A stretch of DNA of 64,000 nucleotides from the human T2T-CHM13v2.0 reference genome, Homo sapiens: the NCBI RefSeq assembly GCF_009914755.1, contig NC_060929.1; one strand, written 5' to 3'. The number at the start of each line of letters is the position of its first letter. Position 1 is the first letter of the stretch. Of this stretch, positions 24,143-41,045 are shown piece after piece. The notes below the pieces were generated by a model. The model was given only the letters and a program-made list of their open reading frames with translations, was not told where the DNA came from and ran no database searches. Both the position numbers and the translations under genes were made by a program.

Positions 24143-26004
24143 GGGGAAACTTAGGGTCCAATAAATCAGCCTTAATGTGAGGGTTCCCTGGAAAAAATTC
24201 CCCAACTACAGAATATCTGTCTCCTCTTGAATGTGACTCCCAAATGACACAGTGGCACACTCTTGTTTCCTCTTTAAGATGCAAACATTACAAAGGCTTC
24301 ACATCATTCAACTCTAGGGTTGAGTTTGCCTTTTATTGCTTTTGGACATAAGACCACAGACCAAAGCAAGAATAGTGGAGATGTCGCCTTTAAAATATAA
24401 AACTGAAAACAGCAAAAGTTAGAGAGTGACTGAGTAGGAGAATAGGCAACATTTTAAAGTTGATTTTACAAAGGCAGTCATCAGACAGCACTGTGTCATT
24501 TTAACTCAAGATTCTCAAGTGGCTCTCATGCTGATTGTTAAAGCAGGAGAATGATTGGCCCTAAGATGATGTACTCCTCCCAGGAATCTGAAATTCATAG
24601 ATCATCTGGAAGGACCAGAGTGCTTGTGGAGTGATGGGGGATGGGGTAGATTATTATGAGAAAGAAGAGGGCTCCTCAAAGGAAAAATGCAAAAAGGAGA
24701 CTGTAAGACAGAGGCATCAAAAGCAGATTTCATCACTTCCCCAGGGCTCCTGAGCGCGAGAGGGAATTGTCTGAGTCTAATTAAGAAGCATGGACTTTGG
24801 ATCTTATTGCAGGTTATGGATAAAATCAGTCTCATATCAAGTCGTCTTGCTTCTGGTGCCTGTGTTTATTAAGCTTCAGGAATAGAGGAAAAGCCGAAAG
24901 GCTCCTTCCAGGAGCCCTGCCTTTTGTGTTATCTCTGCTCTTTATGATCAACGTGAGGAAGCTCTACCTACACCTCCACAGCACTTAACCGTGTCTCTTT
25001 GATTAGTTGGGTTCCAAACCAAGATTGTGTCTCACTTTTGGGCCTTCTCATGGCTGCCTGCTGGAGTAAGATAATGAAGTAAAAAGAAGTTGGACAAAAG
25101 AAAAGAAAAAAAATAAAAAGTTTACCTGTTTTAGTCCTACACTTTCCAGTACTCCATGGAAAATTCCATCTCTTCATTTGATGGTCTCGATTCTAGAATT
25201 CAAATGTTGCCCCATCACTTTTCCCCAGCTTGCCCCCCACTCTGGATGTGGGATGTGGCTGAATCTCAATTATTACACAAAATGGAAATGGAGGCACATC
25301 AGAGATTTATTGTTTCAACCTTGGAGACTGAAATATATTAAAATAAATGGCAAAAATCATGAATCTTTGCTTGAAAATGCTTGTGAGTTTTCACCTTGGG
25401 AATTCAAGGTTACATAACTAGATAATTATGCTTTGCATAATATGTCAATCTTTGGGCTTCCGTATCAGTCACAACATTAGCAAAAGAAGAAAATCTTCAG
25501 CAGTCTATACCCAGCCGCTACCGTGGAAACATCCCAAAGTCTAATTAAGAGTTTGAAAAAATAGTTGTAACACTCCCCGAAGAACTCATCTGCATTCCAA
25601 CAGTATTGAGAAGAGTGATAATAGAATTCCACCATGTAGTTAATATTAGTAAGTCCAGGAAAGGATTAAAGAACAAACATTTTGACCAGAGCATAGGGAG
25701 ATTTGACAATTTTTGCCCAGAAGGACTGATGTGACAGCCGTGTGTGGCTCCTCCCATTCTTCATCTGTACAAATGGAAGAGTTTATTGTGTCACTGTTCT
25801 TCAAAGATAACTTTCATTATTGTTGTTTGCTTTTGTTGTTGCTGTTCATAAGTCTTCAGATCAAGAAGTGTCAGATGGAGAGACTACAGAAAACACTGAC
25901 CTTTGATTGACAGTGATTAGGCGGTGTTTTCTTCCACTAGAGCATGAGATACGTCACACAGAGGGAGAGAAATGAAGATGTATGGCCAAGAGGGTGCACT
26001 GGGA

Positions 26005-26640
26005 TAACTTGTTTTGTCAACTCTTGGCTCTCTCTTCCTGGAAGAAGATTCTCCCTCCCCTTCTTCACATGGTCAGACTGGACAAGGAGACTTGCTTTGG
26101 CTAGCAGTGTGAGCTGACAAGGTATGTACACTGCATCTGAGCAGATGCTTTAAGAACGTTGGTGTGGGCCGGGCGCGGTGGCTTATGCCTGTAATTCCGA
26201 CATTTAGGGAGGCTGAGGCGGGCGGATCACGAGGTCAGGAGATAAAGACCATCCTGGCCAATATGGTGAAAACCTGTCTCTACTAAATGTACAAAAATTA
26301 GCTGGGTGTGGCTGCATGCCTGTAGTTCCAGCTACTCCAGAGGCTGAGGCTCCAGTGAGCCCAGATCATGCCACTGCCCTCCAGCCTGGGCTACAGAGTG
26401 AGACTCCATCTAAAAAAAAAAAAACTTTGGTATGTTTGTCTCACCTCTGAGGCTCCTTGCCTTTGGCCATGATCAGGACATGTCTCAAGTAGGGGCTGCT
26501 CCTTCAGCTTTTATCCTGAATAAAGTTTCATGAAGCCAACCCACAGGGAATGTAAAATGTGAATGAGAAATAAACCAGAGATTTGAGGGTTGAGGGTTGT
26601 TTGGAACTGTAGCAAAATAAATATAGTGAAAACTGACAGA
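26005..26640 (+). mobile_element. MLT1 (I/J-like) LTR split by an Alu
   Basis: atctgagcagatgctttaagaac..ggctgctccttcagc..gaatgagaaataaacc. Confidence 0.65.
26167..26423 (+). mobile_element. AluSc-like with ~35-40 bp right-arm deletion
   Basis: ggatcacgaggtcagg..accatcctggcc; gaggctgaggc joined directly to tccagtgagc. Confidence 0.93.
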
Positions 26641-26760
26641 TTCTGGAATTACCTATATAGTTGAGTACCTGCACAACAAGAGTAAAGCAATGTTGTGCCT
26701 AGAAAGCATCAGGTCAATATGGCCAAAGGTTTCTTTGTCAAAGTTTAAAAGATCTGAGAA

Positions 26761-27057
26761 GGCCAGGTGATGTGGCTCATGCCTGTCATCCCAGCACTTT
26801 GAGAGACCAAAGTGGGAGGATCACTTGAGGCCAAGAGTTTGAGACTAGCTTGGGTAACATAATGAGACCCCATCTCTACAAAAATTAAAAATCAGCTGGT
26901 CATGGTTGTGCACAACTGTAGTCCTAGCTACTGGAGAGGCTGAGGCTGGAGGATCACATGAGGCCAGGAGTTTGAGGTTACAGTGAGCTATGATTGCACA
27001 CCACACCCCAGCCACAGCAACCTAGTGAGACCCTGTCTCAAAAAAAAAAAGAAAAAG
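26761..27057 (+). mobile_element. AluJ
   Basis: ggaggatcacttgaggcc, gtgagctatgattg. Confidence 0.94.
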
Positions 27058-28204
27058 AAGTTTGAAAAACAAAGGGTTGGCAGCATATAAACAAAACATC
27101 TAGACTCTCTTGGGTAGTCTAGACTGAAACGTAGACTGAAATGATGATGTGGCCTGCCCTACTGTTTGGCTGTAATCACCGTGCCAAAAGAATTTGTAGT
27201 GCTTTTGAATTTAGGAAAATTCTGGCAAGTAGGACTTACTTGCATTCTATGTAACTATACTGTGTGCTGAATATGATTTTCTCAGGGAGTAATCAAAACA
27301 GATTTCTTTGAAGATGAAGCAAAGTTCAGAGGTTTTGTTACCTGAATATCTGTACATTTAGAATGGGATGTCTAGCCGTAACTGATTCGAAGGTTATTTG
27401 ATTTCTCTCCTGCTTTATGTAAGTTAGTTTTAGAGGGGGGTAGACAGATTGCTATTCTCTGTTCCATTCCTCTTGTTATCCCCAAACAAAAATATTAAGG
27501 CCTCAACATTCCTTTTTAAAAAATCAACATTAAAGCTCACACATTCAAAGTCATTTGTATAAATTACATGGAAAGCTGTTGCCCTCCCACAATCGGTGGG
27601 CTCTAAACAGAAGTCTGACACAGCTTGTCAGTGTTCTTGTTGGGGCATCAATAACCTTGGCCTTTGGGAAGGAGAGATGGATGAAGACGGATGGGTGGTG
27701 GACTCCGCCAGTCAGGTCTCTCCACTGCCAATCATGGACACCAGCACATTCACTAGAGGCAGAGCTACTCAAATGCAATTACCAGATGCCGCCGCCAGAA
27801 CAACTGTTCCTCATCTCACTCAGAGCCATTGCTCTGGCTTTTCTGCTACCTCTTAATCATTTTAATAATGTGACGTGCTGCTTTTTCTTTGTTTGGTGTA
27901 TGCTGCAGTGACAATATTTTCCAAAGAATGATTCATAATGTGTTAGAATTCATAGTTTACATGTGCCTGTCAACCATTTGTAATGCAGGTGTTTAGAAAG
28001 TTCGCATATTTGAGTAGAGCCCTGATAGTGAAAGAGGCATGTTTGAATGTACGTAAAGTCAATAGGAAAAATTTAGGCACACATATGCCTTAGCTTTCTT
28101 TAAATATAAATACTTTATATTTCCTTAAATAAAATATAAACCTACCATACATTAATTTATTTGAGTGGTTTCTGCTCTCTGTATATTTTCAACTTATACT
28201 TCTG

Positions 28205-28456
28205 CTTTATTAGGACAATGCTAGCTGCTGTAACAAATAAGTCCAACACTTTGGTTGTTTAATATAATGCAGTTTTTGTTGTTGTTGTTCATGGATCATG
28301 TAAGAGTCCAGTGAGAAATTCCTGGAAAGTAGTCAGTTTTCCTTTAACTCGTGACTCAGAGATCCTAAAGCCTTCCATCTTGTGGCTCCACTATGCCCTG
28401 GGTGCTACAGTAGACCCTCAAAGTCTTCTTCCTCTAACCAGCAGAAGGACAAAAAG

Positions 28457-28494
<38 letters not shown>

Positions 28495-28705
28495 CATATC
28501 TGCTTCTTAAATACCCCAGCTCAGAAGTGACACACATATCACTCCCACTCATATCACATTGAAGATAATTGGATATGGCCAGACTTAAATGTAAAGTTGA
28601 GGTGGAAAATGTTGTCCTAAGTTGGGAAACCACCTACCAAAACCATCTCTATATTATGGAAGAAAGAGTACCATTTTTTGTTGGATAGCTCTCTGTCTGT
28701 GCCAC
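28205..28705 (-). mobile_element. MLT1J-like LTR containing an A32 run (28462-28493)
   Basis: tgctagctgctgtaacaaata..gaagtgacacacatatcactcccactcatat. Confidence 0.75.
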
Positions 28706-29619
28706 AAACACCTTGTGCGATAATAAGTTTTTGCTCGTATATTTTAAAACACAGGACTTCTTTTTATGTCAATGTTATGTCAATTCTATTTCAAAATTCA
28801 AGGGGTAACTTTTACATACATCACTGGATGACTAACATTCTGCTTCCATCTTTCTGTACAAACAATTTGTATTCTAGTTCTCAAAGCATTGTTATGTAAT
28901 GCTTGCTGATTCATATTCACTTAAACAGGGTTCATATGGAGAGTTTCACACCCATGATTTGGGGTTGAGGACAAACATAACAACATGTACCTCACACACT
29001 CTTCGCTTACATACCATAAAACCATTAATACTATGACCCCAGAGACTTACTCCCCAGAAAGAATCCAAGTAATTTCTAATTCTCCCCCATTATTCATTTA
29101 CTCATTCAGAAATACTCATTAATTTCCTGCTAGATGCCAGGCATGAAGTCTCATTTTACATTCTTCAGCCAGTGTAAAATATTCCATGTAACTACCTATA
29201 ATTTTTAATGTCAATTCATTAAGAACTTTCCAAAGGGAAATGCATCATATTACCTGATTCTGCACCTCTTCCCTGTAACATGTCCACCTGCTTATTCTTT
29301 TTCTCAAAATGCTCTGGCTTCTTACTGCTCAGCCGGGAAGCCATTCTCCCACAGTGCTTATGTACTAAAGTGTAAACGCTGAGCTGCTTTTACTGGCGTG
29401 GAGCAGTGGCTCACAGTTTCGGAGACCATACTCTTCACCTCCCTTCCCCAACTCCTTCTTGTGCCTTCCACTCACCTGGGGAATCCATCAGCCCTTTAGC
29501 TCTTTAGCGGAAAAAGCCACTTTGCTGAACAAAAGTCTGTCTCTCACCACTCCTTGATCATCCCATGAGGTCCCATCCCAGAAAGTCTCACTTTGAGGAA
29601 CAAGGAAAGAAGTCCATAC

Positions 29620-31740
29620 TAAGGACTTGGTAATAAAGTTAGATTGGTTTTCAACTTTGTTTTGTTCTATTTTATTTTCAACCAAAATGAAGGAGAACTC
29701 AATTGAATTGTCAGCTGATAGATCGTTAAAAGCAATTTTTGATGATAAAATGTAGTATGATTTCTGGAGTATAGTTTGGAAAGTATTCAAAGAATTGAGT
29801 GGCATTGTTATAACAATCTGACTCTATTTCCATCTATTTATGTGGATGAATTTTCTAAGTAGTTGAACTTATAAAACTGAGAAATAGGAATAGAATTGAT
29901 GTTAAATCTTTTTTCACTTTAGCAATAAGTAATATTTATATGGGGACATATGAACTAAAAGAAAAAAGAATAAAAAGGAAAAGGAAGAAAATAGAAGAAA
30001 AAATCCCTCTTGCTAAGGATGCATTTTTCAATAAAATGTTATGTTCTTTCATATAATTATAAAAATTTGTGAGACATTTTTATTTTTGTTTTATTGTACC
30101 ATGGTAATTATTGCAATGATAACTAAATCCACAATTATTCAAAATATAGACCAGAGTATTTAAAATATCACATATTTTAGAAAATTAAATATGAATACAT
30201 ACTCATATTTATATTGTAGAGAAGTATAATGGAAATGCAGATTTAATGACTGAAACAAATTTTGTGAAACTTCTCCTATGAAAGAAGAGTTTGTTCAGGT
30301 AGTTTAAAAATAGTGAATAGTAGATATCAAATTACTTTGGAATTTAGATTTTATTGGATATATTTACAGAAGAAAATATAAAGGTTTTACTTAAAATTTC
30401 CAGTGTTTGTAAGACATTAAAACTTAAAGACTTACATGTTAGAACTAAAACCATAAAAACCCTAGAAGAAAACCTAGGCAATACCATTCAGGACATAGGC
30501 ATGGGCAAGAGCTTCATGTCTAAAACACCAAAAGCAATGGCAACAAAAGCTAAAATTGACAAATGGAATCTAATTAAACTCAAGAGCTTCTGCACAGCAA
30601 AAGAAACTACCATCAGAGTGAACAGGCAACCTACAGAATGGGAGAAAATTTTTGCAACCTACTCATCTGACAAAGGGCTAATATCCAGAATCTACAATGA
30701 ACTTAAACAAATTTACAAGAAAAAAACAACCCCATCAAAAAGTGCGCGAAGTATATGAACAGACACTTCTCAAAAGAAGACATTTATGCAGCCAAAAAAC
30801 ACATGAAAAAATGCTCATCATCACTGGCTATCAGAGAAATGCAAATCAAAACCACAATGAGATACCATCTCACACCAGTTAGAATGGCAATCATTAAAAA
30901 GTCAGGAAACAACAGATGCTGGAAAGGATGTGGAGAAATAGGAACACTTTTACACTGTTGGTGGGAGTGTAAACTAGTTCAACCATTGTGGAAGTCGGTG
31001 TGGTGATTCCTCAGGGATCTAGAACTAGAAATACCATTTGACCCAGCCATCCCATTACTGGGTATATACCCAAAGGATTATAAATCATGCTGCTATAAAG
31101 ACACATGCACACGTATGTTTATTGCGGCACTATTCACAATAGCAAAGACTTGGAACCAACCCAAATGTCCAACAATGATAGACTGGATTAAGAAAATGTG
31201 GCACATATACACCATGGAATACTATGCAGCCATAAAAAACGATGAGTTCATGTCCTTTGTAGGGACGTGGATGAAGCTGGAAACCATCATTCTCAGCAAA
31301 CTATCGCAAGGACAAAAAACCAAACACTGCATGTTCTCACTCATAGGTGGGAACTGAACAATGAGAACACATGGACACAGGAAGGGGAACATCACACACT
31401 GGGGACTGTTGTGGGGTGGGGGGAAGGGGGAGGGATAGCATTAGGAGATATACCTAATGCTAAATGACGAGTTAATGGGTGCAGCACACCAACATGGCAC
31501 GTGTATACATATATAACAAACCTGCATGTTGTGCATATTTACCCTAAGACTTAAAGTATAATAATAATAAAATTTTTTAAAAAAGTTAATCTGGCACAGA
31601 TTGTCTGAACCACAAAAAAAAATTTATATCCTTGTAATTATTTAAATTTATGATAAAACATTTTGGATATTAACCTAAAATGTGAGAAGGGATATATAGT
31701 TTTTCAACATCCTTTTGGGAAAAGTATTTGAATATTTCTA
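29620..31740 (+). mobile_element. hAT-Charlie transposon relic (transposase C-terminus and 3' end), interrupted by L1PA
   Basis: Plus-strand translation from ~29685 gives IELSADRSLKAIFDD..DFW..KVFKELS and later NRNRIDV, resembling the hAT dimerisation region, with stops; resumes after the L1. Confidence 0.75.
30425..31583 (+). mobile_element. 5'-truncated L1PA3-like (ORF2 C-terminus + 3' UTR)
   Basis: ORFs [49 protein letters not shown]; 3' UTR ggggactgttgtgggg; frameshifts and stops. Confidence 0.97.
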
Positions 31741-31907
31741 TCATGGTGTTAGTGTACATCCACATTTGCATGCACCAGATTGAACTAGAAGCAGACAGTA
31801 TGCTCACATCCAGGTCTTCTCCCTCTTACCTGAACACCTTGGAGTTGGAGACATATCTAACTTCACAAAGGTAATATGATGCCTATACCATACAGTACGT
31901 AAAGACC

Positions 31908-32428
31908 TGTGGTGGGTTAAAATGATCACAAATCCTTTGCTACTTCTCTTTTTGAGAGATGGGGTCTATTCTCCTTGTCCTGAAGTCTGGGCTGGACTGT
32001 GACTTGGCCACTAAAAGGCAGTGTAAGTGACATGGTAACCTTTGAGTCTGGGCCTTAGGAAAGCTGCAGCTTTACTTCAATCTTCTTGGAGTTCAACCTC
32101 TTAAAATCCAAAAGCCTTGCTGAAGAAGTCCAAATGAGTTGCACGGAGAAGGCTCATGGAAAATAACTGACATAGCCAAAGGCCCAGCTCAGCCCTACCT
32201 GACAGCCAGCACCAACTGCCAGCCATGTGAGTGAGCTGAGCCACCTCTGGCATCCCCAGCTCAAGGGAACCTCCAGCTGACTGCAACCCCCAGCTGATAC
32301 TAGGAGGAACAGAAGAACCACCCAGCTAAGCCCATCAACCCTTAGAATCATGAGATAATAAATGGCTGCTGTTAGTTTAAGCTGTATGATTTGGTGTAGC
32401 TCATTACATAGCAATAGATAATTGGCAT
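31908..32428 (+). mobile_element. MLT1 (G/H-like) solo LTR
   Basis: tgtggtgggttaaaatg..gaatcatgagataataaatggctg..catagcaatagataa. Confidence 0.85.
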
Positions 32429-32769
32429 TTTCCACCAATGGGGTCTAGGACAGCATTATGAATTTGAATCTGAACCTTAGAGCCCAGATGAAATCTGTTC
32501 TCCAGAATGGAGTCACTAATAACACCCATCAGAGGTTCCCTGTAACCTTATAACCATCACTGCACACTCAGAGGCACCTTTCATTGGCTTTTTGTATCTT
32601 TTCTTGTTGCCACATTAGCTCATAAGCTCCCTGAAGGCAGGGAAATATTCTTCTTCTCTATCTGTCTGGAAGTCCCAACCTTTGGGCTTTGCACCCAAAC
32701 ACACCCACAAGGTGAAAACTTGCCATCCTCAAGTATTCTTCTATCTCATCTTAGTGTATTATATATGTC

Positions 32770-32905
32770 TACAATTACCCCTCTTTTGTAGATATGGAAA
32801 CTGATGCCCAGAGATGTCAAGATGTTTCTCAAAGTCACACAGCTAATAAATGGAAATGCTTGGATTTGAACATGGGTAGGTGAGCTTTGGAGCACTACAA
32901 ATGCT
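32770..32905 (-). mobile_element. MIR
   Basis: tagatatggaaactgatgcccagaga..aagtcacacagctaataa. Confidence 0.75.
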
Positions 32906-33139
32906 GTCTATATTTTGAATAACCATCAGCTGAGCTGCCTAATTCAGCCAGTAAGCATTTCTTAGGTGACAGGAGGTTATATATGAACCGGTACCTTTCT
33001 TCCTACAAAATTTGATACATTTAGCAAATGTTTAGAGACCAGCAAAATACTGTATTAGTTACCCAAAGTGATACAAAGATGATTGACTATTCATGGAAAT
33101 CACTCAGAAGTCAAATATACAGGTATAAAAATGTATACT

Positions 33140-33228
33140 GCTCACACAATTTGCATTTGCAAAAATGTGAAACCAGTCCAAATGCCCATCAATCAACAAG
33201 TGGTTAAAGAAACTGTGGTGTGTATATA

Positions 33229-33275
<47 letters not shown>

Positions 33276-33645
33276 GGGCTACTTCTCAGCCATAAAAAGG
33301 AATGAATTAATGGCATTCACAGCAACCTGAATGGGATTGGAGACTATTATTCTAAGTGAAGTAACTCAGGAATGGAAAACCAAACATCGTGTGTTCTCAC
33401 TCATAAGTGGAAGCTAAGCTGTGATGATGCAAAGGCATAAGTAGGATACAATGGACTTTGCAGACTCAGGGGAAAGGGTGAGAAGTGGGTGAGACATAAA
33501 AGACTACAAATTGAGTTCAGTGTATACAGCTCAGGTGATGGGTGCACCCAAAATCTCACAAATCAACGCTAAGGAACTTATTCATATAACCAAATACCAC
33601 CTGTTCCCCAAAAACCTATGGAAATAAAAATTTTTTTAAAAAAAC
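33140..33645 (+). mobile_element. L1PB (L1PB1-like) 3' end with internal (AC)n at 33231-33272
   Basis: aagtgaagtaactcaggaatggaaaaccaaacatcg..ccaaataccacctgttccccaaaaacctatggaaataaaa. Confidence 0.92.
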
Positions 33646-33667
33646 AATTATTGCAATAAAACAAGTC

Positions 33668-33812
33668 ACATATACACACACATAGTAAGTATATATATAT
33701 ATATATATATACACTGTGTATATATATCTACACACATATATATACAGTATATATATATACACTGTATATATATATATCTACACATATATATACAGTGTAT
33801 ATATATACATAT
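33668..33812. repeat. Compound (TA)n/(CA)n repeat
   Basis: Direct reading. Confidence 0.95.
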
Positions 33813-34846
33813 AATAGTGAATTAATAAACTACTAGTTCGATCTCCCTGGCTCATTTGTCAAGGAGCTTACAATCTCTCTTATTAAGAAAACACATATTC
33901 ATTAAAGCAGGTGCTCTTATAAAAAGAGGTACAGCCAAATAAGACCACAAGGTAAAAGAAATACAAGCTTTAATAACAATCTAATTATGCCCAAATGATG
34001 CTTACCAGATACAAGCTTTACTTAAATCTTTTTCCCCTCTTTTCACTTAACCGTTGTGGACACCTTAGACCTTCTCAACAGTCCCCTTTCTTCCAGGGCC
34101 AAGTCCTTCCCAACTCCAAGCCCCTCACAATTCTAGGGTTCCTCCCTGCCCCCCTTCATTCTTCCTGCTATTCATGTGTTTGCTTCACCAAAAGTCTTCA
34201 TCCTGCACTGGTCATTGGCCCTGTGTCCTCCTCTTCTTTGAAATGTACTGATTTTAAAACTTCCCCTCTTGGTGAGAAGTTTTCTATTTTATAGCCCTGC
34301 CTTTTCCAGAAACCAGATGCCTTTTCTCCTGAATATTTGGAAGTCTGCAAAAGCAACCAAATTCATTTAAAGTGACACCTGAGAGGATGAATTCCTGAAA
34401 GGTGCATTTAATCAAGGTTAACCAGTTTGCCATGGCCTGAAATTACGACATGTCATGTTAGAAAGATGTACAATTTGGCAACATTTTCAAAGTCTGTAGG
34501 TTTTGAACCTACAGTAAACCATTGACCTCCCTATTTTAGGGGCAAACACTTTTGAAGAGAATCTGCATTCCACTTGCTAAACCATATAAAACAAGGTGGA
34601 AGAGAAAAAAGATTCAATTAAACATCACTTGGGGATTTCAAAGAAAAGATATTAATCTGTCTTCTCATAAAACTCTTCACCCACAATTGTGATGAATTTG
34701 AATGATTAGTAATAATCTCTCAGACTTAAAAAAAACAGACAGCTGGATCATTGAATTTGAAAAATAATCCTTTGCTATTTACATAGAAATCGTTAGAGGC
34801 TGAGTTTTTAGGTTTATAGTTTTACAGTAATAAAATTATTTTTTTT

Positions 34847-35010
34847 AAATTAGCCAGGTGTGATAGTTGTGCACATTTAGTCCCAGCTACTCAGGAGACT
34901 GAGGCAGGAAGATTGCTTGAGCCCAAGAGTTCAAGGTTGCAGTAAGCTATGATTGTATCACCCAGCCTGGAGAACAGAGTAAGACTCTGTCTCTAAAAGT
35001 AATAAAATAA
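34847..35010 (+). mobile_element. Alu right monomer (FRAM/AluJ fragment)
   Basis: aaattagccaggtgtg..gattgcttgagccc..ctatgattg..tgtctctaaaa. Confidence 0.88.
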
Positions 35011-35364
<354 letters not shown>

Positions 35365-36528
35365 TTATATATAAATACCCAGTTTGCCATTTAAATAGTT
35401 AACATCTAGGGCATTGTAGAATATGCATATTTAGGTTCATACAGAGGCTATGTATTTAGGTAGTATTGTTGACAAAATATCAACAATATTGCCCTAAAAG
35501 ACTGCTTCTGAAATTAGAAAAGCTTCACATTTTAAAAGAAATGCAAATATTTGTCTATTTGCTGCTCACTTTCGCTGTATCACAAAACACCTGAAGGGCT
35601 ACTTGCCTTCGGATTTTCTTATCTTAATGGTAAACAGTGTTGACGATGAAAATCACACAGCACTTTGCTGCAAATCTGAGTTTTTATGTGTAGTGGATAA
35701 ATGGCACATCCGTGCCCAGTGCTATGAATTGCTCCTCTGAAATCATGACTCAAAGAGGGCCTGGAAAGATGAATAACTGTCCACTCCTGGACAATCATCT
35801 CCACCGCTGCTCTGAGGTCAGGTAACAGCAGGGGGCTTATGTCTTCTCACTTGCTTAGGGACATGAAGTCCATCCCTGCAACATAGTCTCCCTGACAAAG
35901 CTTCCCAGGAAATTAAGGTCTCTTTGTAACTTGTTATCTATTAGAGGTAACTGTCTGCATTTCTGAAAACTGATCAGCTCCTAAAGGCCTAAGAGCGTAG
36001 CCACTTGCCCTTTGCTCTTGGCCCCCACTGACACTATTCTGAGGATATAGGCTCAACTTAAGTGGACCTTGATAAGGCAAGCATGAATTGCTGCAGGCTT
36101 GTGCACACAGGATGTGGCCCACTCACATTAGGTGGCCCGTTCTGTGGTTGTTCTAAACTCAAGGTCAGTAATGATCATAAATAAATTGCACCAAAGTGCC
36201 GGAGGATGAAGGACAAGATTGCTTCACAGGCTGGAGATTAGAGCTATTGTAGCTTGATGAAGTAGCCAGTGGTCCCCACACTTCCTGGACAGCTAGCTTA
36301 TTAGGAATAAGTCTTTGTCATCAAATTGCAGAGAAGACTGCAAACTCCTCTTACTGGTTTTATGAGTAACTGTACCCGAGGGAGGCTTGCATGACTGTCT
36401 GGTAAACTCCAGGCTGGGAACCATTTGTGAATATGGTTGCAGAGGATTTCAGTGTGAATAAGACCAGGTGCCTGAAAAGCTAGATTTTAATAGAATGATA
36501 CAATCAATAATATTACCATTTAACATGT

Positions 36529-37020
36529 TGTATCAGTTAGAATTGGGCAGTTGCATGGAAGAGAAGGCCCAAACAGTGCTTTATCCAAAATAGAAATATA
36601 TTTGTTGCACCTGTAAAAGCAGAGTCCCAAGAAAGGCATCAAGGGAGTGTGTGGACCTGCTTTCCTAAGTCTGCAGGACACAGGATCTGTCCAGCTCATA
36701 CCGCTTCTGTTCCCAGAATGTGTCTCGTGACCTCAGTGTCCAGGCAGGATGTCAGAGCTCCAGCCATCGCAGCCATGGTCCAGGGAGGAAGAAGGTGGCC
36801 CTCTTCCATTCAGAGACACTTTCTGGGAATTGCATGAAGCACTTGTACTTACATTTCATGGGCCGAAACACATGGTCACATCTGGGTTCAAGAGACATAC
36901 GCAAGCAGTCATTTGGTTTGATGCCAAAGAGACTAGAAAAAAAGAACTGGGGTCTTATTACTAAGAAAAAGTAGGAAAGTGTATATTGGGAGGCGGGGGC
37001 AAGTAGGAGCTTCTGCTACA
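36529..37020 (-). mobile_element. MLT1K-like LTR
   Basis: tgtatcagttagaatt..ccagccatcgcagcc..ttacatttcatgggcc..tctgctaca. Confidence 0.7.
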
Positions 37021-37654
37021 TATAATTATAACCTCTTACCGTGTAAATGACTTTCCATTAGGGGCTACTTTTTAAAAACAAAATTTTCTCTTTTAAAGCT
37101 GTCATATTATTTAAACCTAGAAACAAAATAAATGAACAATGCTTGCCTGCTCATGATGATGATGTAGAGAATTATATTCTGGCTAGAAATTATTTGAAAT
37201 CCAATAAACTGTACTAATTATATATTAACTCATCAAGTTCCTAAAGAACTTTGATATTGTAAAGTACCACAGAATTAAAATATAATTCTCACTAAGCTAG
37301 ATTGAGATTTTTTTATTGAAATTTACTTTGCTAAAAATAAAATAACAGCAAAAAGTCTATAAGAGAAGATTGTACTCATCAGTCCAGAAGTTCTAAAACT
37401 AAAATCCCTAAAGCTTTTTAAAGTATTAGGATTCTAGTCATAGAATTAAACCATTTATTCTCTTGAAAAAAGGGTTACAATGACCTCTCCAGTGTCCTCC
37501 CCTCAAGACACACACACACATTAAAATTTATATTTTGAATTCTAAATCTGGTTGCTACGACAACTACAAAAATGACACTCACTTTCATTGGGGCATGCTG
37601 GTTCCATTTGTTTTTAAAGAAAAGGGTGTATTTTGCTCCCTGTGAGACAGAAAT

Positions 37655-37830
37655 GATGGATGGAGTCTGAGCCTAGAGGTCAGAAGACTGGTTTCTATTC
37701 TCAGCTTCCAGCATTGATTTGTGTGGCTGCAGGCTAGTTACTTAAAGTCTTTGGTTTTACATCCACTATGTACAAAACTTATTTTCCTTTGATATGTACC
37801 CTTCATAAGTGGTAGGTGTTAACTGGGGAA
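37655..37830 (+). mobile_element. MIR
   Basis: gcctagaggtcagaagactggtttcta..gctagttacttaa. Confidence 0.65.
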
Positions 37831-37899
37831 TTTACCATGAAAACCCTTGAGATTCTCCCATTCTGGTACTGCCCAACCTAATTTCCCTAAACAGGTAAC

Positions 37900-41045
<3,146 letters not shown>

